Origin: Acidobacteriota bacterium
GTDB taxonomy: Bacteria > Acidobacteriota > Thermoanaerobaculia > Multivoradales > J023
Assembly: GCA_029263395.1 (NCBI GenBank)
Contig: JAJCXO010000206.1
Location: 690-64,689, forward strand
DNA: 64,000 bases
Direction of reading: 5' to 3'
Shown here piece after piece: positions 46,215-55,443 of this stretch. The position numbers and the translations under genes were made by a program. How positions within the stretch are numbered: position 1 is the stretch's first letter; the number at the start of each line of letters is the position of its first letter. The notes beneath the pieces are model-generated. The model ran no database searches, was not told where the DNA came from, and was given only the letters and a program-made list of their open reading frames with translations.

Positions 46215-46850
46215 GTGCATCAATTTGTTATCCGTTGCCTCATCCTGATCGCCTTCGTCTGCCTCCCCGTCACCGGCGCTTATGCCGACTATTGGGGGAC
46301 CTCTCTGGTCACCGGCACACCGCAGTTCAACCCAAAGGACGACTCAGACATCGTCACCGTCTACGGTACCCCTGATGGCCACGGCGTTGTCTCCGAGGCG
46401 CCCTGGGAGTGCGATGGCCGGATCAACTGTCGCAGCACGGGACGCCTCTTCGTGCCTGTCACCGAGCCACGAGGAACCCAATTCGAAACCATCTGGCTGC
46501 GGGCCAACGACACCGCCTCAGGAGGCTACGTGCGGGCCGCCTTCTATCGCCAGAACCTACTCGGTGGCCCACCGGAACTGCTGGGCTTGGTCTCCACCCA
46601 AGACAATGGGCATCAAGTGGTGATGGATGTGGTCAAGGCCACCGATGCTTCGGGCAATGTTGGACCGGTGGTAATTGGCCCCATCGCTATCTTCGAGGCG
46701 ACCTACACCTACTACATTGAGGTCGCCATCATCCTCGACGAGTTGATCTTCGATCCTGACGCCATCCTCATCGGCTACGACGTCGGCTTCGATCTCGATC
46801 CGTGCAGCAGCCCCGAACTCCCGAATTTCGACGGCACGTCCTGCTTCTAG
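46215..46850 (+). CDS. Exported hypothetical beta-rich protein
   Basis: AAAGGA RBS, signal peptide (AYA/D), 211 aa. Confidence 0.7.
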   Translation: MHQFVIRCLILIAFVCLPVTGAYADYWGTSLVTGTPQFNPKDDSDIVTVYGTPDGHGVVSEAPWECDGRINCRSTGRLFVPVTEPRGTQFETIWLRANDTASGGYVRAAFYRQNLLGGPPELLGLVSTQDNGHQVVMDVVKATDASGNVGPVVIGPIAIFEATYTYYIEVAIILDELIFDPDAILIGYDVGFDLDPCSSPELPNFDGTSCF

Positions 46851-47010
46851 TGCCCTGTTGGACTAGAACCTTCCGAATATTCTCGAGGATTTCTTGTGGC
46901 TGACAAGGCTTGCCGACGCAAGAATAGTGGGGCTCTTTTGAGGAGGCGTAACGCCGTCAGGCGCAAGAAAGACCGAGAATGGCGGGAGGGAATAGTCAAC
47001 AGGGTACTAG
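46847..47010. mobile_element. MITE-like non-autonomous element (164 bp)
   Basis: CTAGTGCCCTGTTGGACTA...TAGTCAACAGGGTACTAG terminal inverted repeats, nested internal inverted repeats, no coding capacity. Confidence 0.7.
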
Positions 47011-47074
47011 ATTTGGATCGTTGAATCCGCTGGCCGGGACCGGTCCCGGCCAGCTTGCCAAGGTTACGGCAGGT

Positions 47075-47917
47075 TTACTGAATCGGCGCCAACAACTCAG
47101 GCGCGGTCACCAACTGGCGCACACCGTGGGACTCGGTCTCACCGAAAATATTGTCACTTTCAGCCCAACGGTGCAGCGATGCGATATCGAGCTTCGCACA
47201 CGTCGGTCGGACGCTCCAGGTCACCTTGAACGGCGAACACTCAGACTGAGTGAAGTCCGGTCCGGTGCTGGACCCGAAGAATTCCACCGGGTCGCCGGTT
47301 CCGCTCGGCAGCGAGGCCGCCTGATGAAAGTCATTACGCACCGTACCGTTGTAGGCAAATTCAGCAAAATCCAAGGCGTTGCTATCATTTACGACTAGGA
47401 ACGTCTGGGCCTCGACGCGAAGGAGCGGCTCGCCGCAGGTATCCGTCACGCAAGCATTGAGGGTGGGTCCCGGCGTCTCGATGGGGCAACTGGTGTGAAC
47501 CCAATGCACTTCGATCGTGTCACCTGGTTTGACTTTCCCGTACGCACCCTCGAGCGGCTCGAGCTCGGCCTCGGTCAGGTCCGCCGTCTCGTTACAGGCA
47601 TAACCGCCGTAATCGCTGTCGTCGACGAAGACGCTGAACCCAGGGCCTTTGTGCTCGGCGTTGGTGTGGGTGTGGAGGTTACACAGATTCATCTCACTGG
47701 GCGCTGGCGCCCGATCGATCGGAGTGGTGTTGAGTCCATGGGGGTTAGAGATATCCCGTGGTGTCTGTGGACCGGCATCGACACACAGAGCAGGCGTTTC
47801 GACAACCGCTTCCGGCTCAGGTTGCACCGCGGCGGTTTCGGCGGTCTCGGTGGGTTCAGAACCGCAACCAGAGAAGATCAAAGCGATAGCGGTGAAGAGG
47901 ATCAAACAGCGACTCAT
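47075..47917 (-). CDS. delta-class carbonic anhydrase-like lipoprotein
   Basis: Lipobox FSGC; GPQTPRDI, NLCNLHTHTNAEHK, TIEVHWVHTSC, GSSTGP, SPFKVTWSV, HGVRQLV. Confidence 0.8.
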   Translation of the reverse strand: MSRCLILFTAIALIFSGCGSEPTETAETAAVQPEPEAVVETPALCVDAGPQTPRDISNPHGLNTTPIDRAPAPSEMNLCNLHTHTNAEHKGPGFSVFVDDSDYGGYACNETADLTEAELEPLEGAYGKVKPGDTIEVHWVHTSCPIETPGPTLNACVTDTCGEPLLRVEAQTFLVVNDSNALDFAEFAYNGTVRNDFHQAASLPSGTGDPVEFFGSSTGPDFTQSECSPFKVTWSVRPTCAKLDIASLHRWAESDNIFGETESHGVRQLVTAPELLAPIQ

Positions 47918-48047
47918 GGGGTTCTCCTGAAGAAAATTGGACACACTTTTGCCCTGAAAGGCTCACTTGGCGAGACTGTCACCAGTGTCATGGCCATCCT
48001 ATACAGGAATCTTCGTAGGATCCGAGTGGCCAGATTCAAAGCCACAG

Positions 48048-48428
48048 TTAGATATTCCCATCGGCCACCACCAGACCCAGCTGGCCATTGTTGGCTAGAC
48101 GCAGGAACGGTTGGACACCGCCAAAGGTGTGCTGGAAAGCCTCGACTTCTCCCGCCGTCATGGGCCGGCCGCTATGATGCCGCGCCAGGGATCGTAGGGC
48201 CTTCCGTGCAGCCAGGCACTGCTGCCAAGCGGGTTCGTCCAAAGTTGCGTTCGCCTCTAATAGCCGCCGGTGGGACAACCAATCCGCCACCGCTTGCGGG
48301 CTGGCAAGCTCGTCCGTGTTGGTCTCGATCTGGCGAGTGTTGAGGAACTGCTGAACTAGACGCAGGCGACCCGGTGCCGGGTGGGGATCTTTGAGGGAAG
48401 TACGGTGTTTCAGGACATCCTCGGCCAT
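48048..48428 (-). pseudogene. ABATE-domain gene truncated before the CGNR zinc finger
   Basis: PAPGRLRLVQQFLNT...DELASP...WL N-terminus, stop at 126 aa, no CGNR motif. Confidence 0.55.
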
Positions 48429-48583
48429 CAAGACGCCACAATCTCGACCGAGAGGCAAGACGCCCTGTGAAAGTTAGGCCCTTGATGTTACTTGTTGGCG
48501 GTGACGAGCGAAACGTACGGTGTCAGCTACGCGGGCGTTGGCCTAGCGATCCACTCACTCGACATTCCTCAAAGGATATGGAT

Positions 48584-49045
48584 ATGACCCACCTCACTCA
48601 AAAGACTCGCTCCCTCCCCGATCTCATCGTGTTGTTGCTGCTGTTTTTTGCCGCTAGCACCCAGGTAGCTGCCCAAGGCGCCACTGCAGCCGGCGCCACT
48701 GCAGCCGGCGCCACTGTAGCCAGCGGATCTTGGACCAAGAAGACGCAGTCTGCGAGCGGTACCTGGAAGATCACCGAAGCCGGCGACCAATTGAAGTTCG
48801 AGGTCAGTAGCGACTTCAAGACTCGCAAAGCGCCCGATCTGAAGATTTTTCTCTCTCCACTGACCGCCAGCGAAGCTCAGAATAACAACGCCGTCAACGA
48901 GTCGCTTTTAGTTGCTGAACTGCCCAAGGTTTCGGGCAGCTTCGAGGTCACCTTGCCCGCGGGCACCAACCTCAGTGATTACAACAGCGTCCTCGTTCAC
49001 TGTGAGAAGTACACCAAGCTGTGGGTAGCCTCGGATCTCCACTGA
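48584..49045 (+). CDS. DM13 domain-containing exported protein
   Basis: Signal peptide; FKTRKAPDLKIFLS, YNSVLVHCEKY. Confidence 0.8.
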   Translation: MTHLTQKTRSLPDLIVLLLLFFAASTQVAAQGATAAGATAAGATVASGSWTKKTQSASGTWKITEAGDQLKFEVSSDFKTRKAPDLKIFLSPLTASEAQNNNAVNESLLVAELPKVSGSFEVTLPAGTNLSDYNSVLVHCEKYTKLWVASDLH

Positions 49046-49069
49046 TCTGACGGCACCGGTACGGCTCCT

Positions 49070-49795
49070 CTACCGGACGATGATCTCCTCGCCGAGTTCG
49101 ACGCGACCACCCGCCTCGAGCACGGCGCCACAATCGGCGTCGAGATCACCGGCCGGTGCTGGCAACCGGTTCGGCGATTGTAAAACAACCGGCTGGTAAC
49201 GTCCGATCCCCTCGGTAGCCGCTCGCAGGCTCAGTCGTCCCTCAATGGAGACACAGTCCGAGGAGCTGGTCTCCTCGCTCACACCCGTCTCCGCGGGTAG
49301 ACAACGAGCCACCAGCTGCCGGTCGTTAAGATAGAGACGCAGTTCGAGATGTTGATCGGGATCACCTTCGGCGTCGAGGACCAGGACATCACCGGGGCGT
49401 GCAGTCTGCCCACGGAAGGCGACTGTACTGTGCTCGACGCGAGTGGCGAGACTGAGCTCCGGCGGTTCGCTCCACCGGGGACTGAAAATAGCCATTGCCA
49501 ACCCAGCAGCGGCAGCCAACGAGGCGACCGGCCACCAACCACGACTGGACGTCAGGGGTGATACCTGCGGCGCGTCCAGTCTTCGATCCCGGATCCGTCG
49601 TCGCACTTGCTGCTGCCAATCGGCAGCGGGCTCTTCAGCCTTCCCCAATTCGGCAAGGTCTCGCATGAGCGTTTCGTAGGCTGCCCGCTGCTCCACACAG
49701 TCAGGACAGGAGACAAAGTGGCCGGTCAGCGACAGTCCGGATTCCAATCGTTCAAGGCCTTCGCTCTCGAACCGTCGACAAGGGCTCACGCTCAT
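49070..49795 (-). CDS. zf-HC2-type transmembrane anti-sigma factor
   Basis: HFVSCPDC, TM WWPVASLAAAAGLAMAIF, extracytoplasmic beta domain; ATGA overlap with sigma. Confidence 0.75.
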   Translation of the reverse strand: MSVSPCRRFESEGLERLESGLSLTGHFVSCPDCVEQRAAYETLMRDLAELGKAEEPAADWQQQVRRRIRDRRLDAPQVSPLTSSRGWWPVASLAAAAGLAMAIFSPRWSEPPELSLATRVEHSTVAFRGQTARPGDVLVLDAEGDPDQHLELRLYLNDRQLVARCLPAETGVSEETSSSDCVSIEGRLSLRAATEGIGRYQPVVLQSPNRLPAPAGDLDADCGAVLEAGGRVELGEEIIVR

Positions 49796-50565
49796 GGTGT
49801 GGCTCCTTTGGACTCCAGGCAGTGGCGGAGCGCCGGCAGGGCTCGCACCACGCGAGCCCGCAGGGCCGGTGGGCGTTCATCTGCCACCCGCGCCATCTCG
49901 ACATAGGACAAGCCTTGCTGGAATCGCAGCAGGATCGCATCGCGCACTCTTGGCCCGAGTGCGGCTAGACAGTCGGCCAACGCTGCCAAATGGCTGCGGG
50001 CGGAAAGCTGATCGTCTTGGGGTGGCAATGGAGACGGCCGCTCGGGCAACCGATCGGTGAGCTGGAAACGTCGATCCCGACGACGGCGAATCTTGACGGC
50101 GTCGAGACTACGATGGCGAGCGATGCCAAACAACCAAGTCCGCAGGGAAGAGTGCCCACGAAACCCCTCGAGACCATCATAGGCCTGGATGAACGTGGTC
50201 TGATGGACCTCTTCCGCCAATTCAGCATCACCTACCAAGTGTCGACAGTAGCGGTAGACGGCGGTCCCGAAGGTGTCCATCAACACCTCCAGAGCGCAGT
50301 CGAGATCGCCTCGGGCGATGGCCTGGCGAACGAGGGTTTCAGGCCTGTCGAGTGCGCGGTCAGGCTCAGGCTCGTCCAGCCGATCGCTGGTGCCGGGTGA
50401 GAGCACCCGGCTGGGATACCGGACCACAGCTGGCGATGGCCTCGAGTCGGGTTCCAACCCACTGCTCGACTTCGAGACCGTCTTGGGCGTGGAGACTGCG
50501 TTAGGCGTGGAGACCGTGCTAGGCATCGGACCGCTGCTAGGCAGCACTGGCTCAAATGTTCTCAC
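49792..50565 (-). CDS. ECF RNA polymerase sigma factor
   Basis: AEEVHQTTFIQAY, SSLRTWLFGIARHR, GLSYVEMA. Confidence 0.88.
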   Translation of the reverse strand: MRTFEPVLPSSGPMPSTVSTPNAVSTPKTVSKSSSGLEPDSRPSPAVVRYPSRVLSPGTSDRLDEPEPDRALDRPETLVRQAIARGDLDCALEVLMDTFGTAVYRYCRHLVGDAELAEEVHQTTFIQAYDGLEGFRGHSSLRTWLFGIARHRSLDAVKIRRRRDRRFQLTDRLPERPSPLPPQDDQLSARSHLAALADCLAALGPRVRDAILLRFQQGLSYVEMARVADERPPALRARVVRALPALRHCLESKGATP

Positions 50566-50673
50566 GTGGTATCCCTTGAACCGTTCACTGCTGGAGATTT
50601 GGACCGCCAGCCCCTTAGGAACGTCGTTACTTCATGAGGCGACGCTGGCCGCTCAAAACGAACAGGTCGAGCC

Positions 50674-51162
50674 TCAAGGGATTGGGTCGACTGGATCAAC
50701 CCCCGGCAAGATCGCCTGGATATAGGGGTTCGGCAGCGGCGGGCGAATCGGGAAACAGCCTGCTGGGAGCTCCGCACAGGGCAGGAAGACACCGTCTTCG
50801 AACTGGGCAATCGGTACCATGCGATAGAAGGTCATGGCTTCGACTGAGGTGAGATCCAACTCGACGGTTTCGGGGGTTTGTAGGAGTTCACTGTCGCCGA
50901 GCTCTAACCATGCATTGGGATCGGTCAAAGAAGCAAAGCCGATGTAGGCCGCATCGGGGCCGCCGACCGAAATCTTCAATTGCTGGTCGGTTTGCTGCCA
51001 GGTGAAGAATCCACCTTCGCCACCCGAACTGTCGGTGGGATCATCGGACGGTGCTGCGATGGCGACCTGGGGCGACCAGCCGAGCTGACCGAGAGTCAAA
51101 CCAGCGCCGAAAATCGTCAGCGCGGCACAAACTATGAGGGATAGACCAAACCAGTGTTTCAT
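50674..51162 (-). CDS. Small exported or membrane-anchored hypothetical protein with Pro-rich tail
   Basis: AGGAG RBS, signal-like N-terminus, C-terminal PCAELPAGCFPIRPPLPNP. Confidence 0.7.
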   Translation of the reverse strand: MKHWFGLSLIVCAALTIFGAGLTLGQLGWSPQVAIAAPSDDPTDSSGGEGGFFTWQQTDQQLKISVGGPDAAYIGFASLTDPNAWLELGDSELLQTPETVELDLTSVEAMTFYRMVPIAQFEDGVFLPCAELPAGCFPIRPPLPNPYIQAILPGVDPVDPIP

Positions 51163-51222
51163 GAGGTACTCCTAGGTTGAGTTGAGGTTTTGGCAACAGG
51201 TAGTGTTCACTGCATCGAAGTT

Positions 51223-53748
51223 TCACGGAGCCAACGGTGTCGACTGGTTGAGGCTTGTCGGTCTTGGCCGATCGGCGAACAACCCCAGGACCACAAATGG
51301 CGCCCAGGTGGCAACCGGCTGCCCGACAGCGATGAGCTCACGTTGGGCGCTGGCCAGGGCAAAGACCGGGTCCTCGAGCCCGCCGTGGCGATAGAACGCA
51401 AGCGCAACGGCTTCAGCATCAGCATCGGGAACCGACACCAACGACGCCACCACGGCTTCGCTGCCAGCGGCGAGAAATACCGCACCGAGGGAGCCCCACA
51501 GCTCACGCCCTGGGCGCGCTGCCGAGGCGCAGGTTGCCAACACAGTGAGGCGCGGGGCACGAGTCTTGGCCAGCAGGACATCTGCCGCCAACGGCCCGTC
51601 AGCGAGTGCGATCCATGGTCCACCAGGGCCGAGGCCGGTGTGGGTTGCGAGATGCAACACGGCGGGCCGAGTCGACTCGTGCCAAAGGCCCTGCTCTGCA
51701 GCATCGCCGAGCCAAGGTGTCGACCCGACGAGCTCGGCAACCGCAATCGCCTCGGAACGCGCCCGCGGTAGATCACCCAGCGGATCGCCAAGCACCAACG
51801 GCGGGCCGACCTCGCCCCTGGGCCGCTCCAGCAACGCGGCCAGCGCCTCCAGGCTCGGCACGTACGTCACCGGATGGCGCTCGACCAGATATCGCCCGTC
51901 GATTCGCAACGCGGCAAACGGTAAACGACCGAGGGCACCATCGGTCACGATCATCAAAGGCTCGTCAGCTCCCGGAAGCCCGCTCGTCGGCAAGACTTGG
52001 GCACCCAATTGTGCCGCCAGTTGGTGGTCGTCCAAGTTGGCGAGAAATGTATCCACAGTGGCCTCGATATCCGCCGAGTCACCGAGTCGACGCCAGGATC
52101 CCGCGACGCCACTCAAAACCCATAGTGCGCCATCAGCTTCGAAATAGCTCAACACCGACCTATGCCGCAGGTTGTGGCGCAACTCGCCCACCGGCCGCGG
52201 TTCGGGTGACGGCGCGGCAGCAACCGCTGGCAACAACCCTTCGAGCACCCGCAAGCGTTCCAGCGCGGCGGCGCCAACATCGACTCGCTCCGGATCGGAG
52301 AACTTCGGTACCGTCTCGCTATCGGCCACCGTCTTGCTATCGGCCACCGTCTTGCCATGGTCTACCGTCGCATCGAGACCTCGGACAAAGGCGTCGAGAA
52401 AGGTGCGCGCCCGCGCTCGCTCGACGATCGCCAGTGCCTCGTCGGAGCGCCCTTGATGCAACAGTAACAGAAAAAGCGCTTCGAAGGTCTGTCTCTTCTT
52501 CTCGAGCAACCACGGCTTGAGGGTGTCGAGGGCGAGCGCACGACGCATCGCTTCGACCTCGACGATAGCGGCCCGATATGCAGCCTCAGCGGCAACAAGG
52601 TTACCCCGGGCCTCCTCCACTCTCCCCAGCAGCTGTTGCAAGGTCCAGATCCAGTCTGTCACTGGCGAGGCGACGAGCGCCGTTGCCAGATCCCGGGCGG
52701 CTGCGTCCCAGCGCCCTTCCTGATGAGCCAACCGAGCACGATAATAAAGTAGCGAGGTCGGCAGACGCCGATCTTGGCCGGGGCTCTGATCATGAAGACC
52801 CTGATCACCACGGCCCTGATCACCGAGACTATGATCCGCCGCGTGTTCGAAGGCGGCATCCAAATGGAAGTGAGCCCGCTCCAACGCTCCACGTCGTAAA
52901 GCGATCTCGACCAGGTTCAGGTGGGTCGAGCGGAAAAGCTGGCTGCCGAGCTCCACGCTGCTTTGATCGGAGCTCTCAGCCGCAACCTCGAGCGCCCGCA
53001 AGGTAGCATCGCGGGCGAGCGACAACCGCCCACTGTCGAGCCACAAGTCGCCTTCGTGCGCCAACAAGAAGGCATCATCCTGCGGACTGTCGGCGGCCAA
53101 CCCCTCACGCAGCTGCTGCACCGCGCGGGCACTGTCCAGGTCACCAACTGCGGACAACACCCCCTGCTGCATCTCGACGGCCAACTTCTCTACCCGTGCG
53201 TCGCCTTCGCGACGTGCCACCACCGCGGAGTCCAAGGCATAGGCGAGTGCTGACCGATACTGCGTCTGGCTCCATTCGAGGTAGGCCAAGAGGTACAGCG
53301 TCCAAGCCTCTTTGGATGCCTCGGCTGAAACTGGTTGCAGGCTGCCAGAGGTTTCGACCGTCAAGCGCTCGAGTTCAAGCGCTCGTTCGAGGGCCGTGCG
53401 AGCAGCCGTGATCTCCTTTCGATCACGCCAGATGCTGGACGCCAGGCGTAACACTTCAGCATGCTGTCGGGTACCCGCCAAACGTCCGGACCAAGCCAGA
53501 ACTTCGTCGAGGTGGCCCAGCTCGAGCTGAGAGCGGGCCGCCCCCAACCCGGCCTTGGCATCACCCTCAGCAGCAAACGCAGCAGCACAAACCTCGGCCG
53601 CTTTGGAAGGGTCTCCGGCCTGCAACAAGGCCTCACACGAGCGCTGGCCAGGATGACAACCGAGCACAGCACACCCTGCCATCAGCACCAAACCGCCGGC
53701 TGAGGACCAGGGACGCCGAAGCAAAAGTGAGGGATTCATCGCAACCAT
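51223..53748 (-). CDS. TPR-CHAT domain (caspase-like) lipoprotein
   Basis: Lipobox VLGC, TPR-like helices, ERARARTFLD, DGALGRLPFAAL, LHLATH (His), VLATCAS (Cys), VVASL..V.D, WAPFVVLG. Confidence 0.88.
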   Translation of the reverse strand: MVAMNPSLLLRRPWSSAGGLVLMAGCAVLGCHPGQRSCEALLQAGDPSKAAEVCAAAFAAEGDAKAGLGAARSQLELGHLDEVLAWSGRLAGTRQHAEVLRLASSIWRDRKEITAARTALERALELERLTVETSGSLQPVSAEASKEAWTLYLLAYLEWSQTQYRSALAYALDSAVVARREGDARVEKLAVEMQQGVLSAVGDLDSARAVQQLREGLAADSPQDDAFLLAHEGDLWLDSGRLSLARDATLRALEVAAESSDQSSVELGSQLFRSTHLNLVEIALRRGALERAHFHLDAAFEHAADHSLGDQGRGDQGLHDQSPGQDRRLPTSLLYYRARLAHQEGRWDAAARDLATALVASPVTDWIWTLQQLLGRVEEARGNLVAAEAAYRAAIVEVEAMRRALALDTLKPWLLEKKRQTFEALFLLLLHQGRSDEALAIVERARARTFLDAFVRGLDATVDHGKTVADSKTVADSETVPKFSDPERVDVGAAALERLRVLEGLLPAVAAAPSPEPRPVGELRHNLRHRSVLSYFEADGALWVLSGVAGSWRRLGDSADIEATVDTFLANLDDHQLAAQLGAQVLPTSGLPGADEPLMIVTDGALGRLPFAALRIDGRYLVERHPVTYVPSLEALAALLERPRGEVGPPLVLGDPLGDLPRARSEAIAVAELVGSTPWLGDAAEQGLWHESTRPAVLHLATHTGLGPGGPWIALADGPLAADVLLAKTRAPRLTVLATCASAARPGRELWGSLGAVFLAAGSEAVVASLVSVPDADAEAVALAFYRHGGLEDPVFALASAQRELIAVGQPVATWAPFVVLGLFADRPRPTSLNQSTPLAP

Positions 53749-54357
53749 TCGATTAATAGTTAAGGGAGGGACAGTTCGGACTTAGCCGGTCCACTATGAA
53801 ACGATCGTGGACCACTCACCTAGGAAGACGGTCTTCACCTAGGAAGACTCTGCAACCGTCCGAATTGTCCCACCCACGTTGATCTTTTTTCGTCGTTATC
53901 GTCTGGGGGCTGGATGTCTGCACGAATCTTCCGGCCGCCAACCACCGGATATGATCCGACTCTCGAGCAACGTTTAGAAGCGGCAAACCATGGATGCAGT
54001 CCATCCAGCAGGGCCGACTCAGCACCTCTACGGTCGCCACAAGGGGCCCCGTTGCCAGATGAGCTTCAACAGCGCCTGATCCCAGGATCGACGATCTACT
54101 GGCGAATCGTCGAGCGGGCTGAGCTCGAACGCCGGGAGTCGGCGCTGTTTCGCTTTCAGCTCGCAGCCGAGAGCCCCTCGCATCCTTGACTCGCCCGGCC
54201 ACCTGCCTAGCTTTGGCGTTGATGCTGGTTGCGCCTCGCCAAGCTTGACACGCTGGCCAACATAACCACCCGTCATCCCGCCAACTGGGCCGCCTTCGTC
54301 TTGATCATCCAATGTAGAATAGGCTAGCAGCACAATGGTCTCGACAAGGTCGTGCCT

Positions 54358-54693
54358 ATGCCTAGTGACGCCCAATCGATACATCCCACACTACCTGGTG
54401 ATCTGCGGCCCCTCTTTTGGGACTACGATTTTCAAGATCTGTGCTGGGACGATGATCGAGCCCTGATCATCCGTCGAGTTTTGACCTCGGGCCCTTGGGA
54501 CAGCGTGCAATGGCTGCGTTCCAGAGTGAATGATGACACGCTGGGACGCTGGATCATCGACCACCAGGGCCGCGGGTTGAGTCCACAGCAACTTCGTTTT
54601 TGGCAATTGATCCTCGATCTACCGACCGAGCAGGTTGATGGGTGGCTGGCTGACCGGCAAACCGATCCCTGGCATCACCGACAGGCCTCATGA
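54358..54693 (+). CDS. DUF6922-like antitoxin partner
   Basis: PLFWDYD, IIRRVL..G.W..V.WL, LRFWQLIL; overlaps the next gene (ATGA). Confidence 0.7.
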   Translation: MPSDAQSIHPTLPGDLRPLFWDYDFQDLCWDDDRALIIRRVLTSGPWDSVQWLRSRVNDDTLGRWIIDHQGRGLSPQQLRFWQLILDLPTEQVDGWLADRQTDPWHHRQAS

Positions 54694-55337
54694 CGTTTCA
54701 CTCCGAGGTCCTAACGACACCTCAGATCCACGCTCTTCACGCGATGGGACCGGCCATGACAACCGGTCACTTTTATCTTGCTGGAGGCACCGCCCTGGCC
54801 ATCATCCTCGGGCACCGCCTGTCGGTTGACCTCGACTGGTTCACCCGTAAACGATTTGCAGATCCGATGCGTTTAGCCGCCGAGCTGCGAGATGACGGAA
54901 TCCAGCTAAAGACAACACGGGTGGAACGCGGCACTCTGCATGGCCATATCGACGATGTGCGGGTCAGTCTGCTCGAATATCGCTATCCATTGCTAGCTCC
55001 CGTCATCGTATGGAGCGAGCATCAATGTGCACTCGTCTCGCTCGACGATATCGCTTGCATGAAGCTGTCTGCGATCAGTCAACGCGGAGCCAGGAAAGAC
55101 TTCGTCGACCTCTACGCACTCGTCCAACGGCACCGACCGCTGGATGAGCTTCTGAAGCTGTACCAAAAGAAATACGACACGACAGATATCGGACATGTTC
55201 TAGTGTCCTTAGCCTACTTTGACGACGCCGAGCGAGAGCGGATGCCAAAGATGCTTTGGGATGTGAGCTGGCAGGATCTCAAGACTCAGATCCAGAGGTG
55301 GGTGCTGGACCTAGCGCTGCCCCCTGTGTCTGGGTAG
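54690..55337 (+). CDS. AbiEii/AbiGii family nucleotidyltransferase toxin
   Basis: FYLAGGTALA..LGHRLSVDLDWF, IACMKLSAI.QRG.RKDFVDLY. Confidence 0.88.
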   Translation: MTFHSEVLTTPQIHALHAMGPAMTTGHFYLAGGTALAIILGHRLSVDLDWFTRKRFADPMRLAAELRDDGIQLKTTRVERGTLHGHIDDVRVSLLEYRYPLLAPVIVWSEHQCALVSLDDIACMKLSAISQRGARKDFVDLYALVQRHRPLDELLKLYQKKYDTTDIGHVLVSLAYFDDAERERMPKMLWDVSWQDLKTQIQRWVLDLALPPVSG

Positions 55338-55443
55338 TTGTCGCATGAACTGGAATCGCGAACGATTCTGGGGGCAGGAGCACTATCCATCTCAGGTAAA
55401 GGCGCCGTCCTTGGATTGGTACGACCGCCTTGGCCAGCCAACG

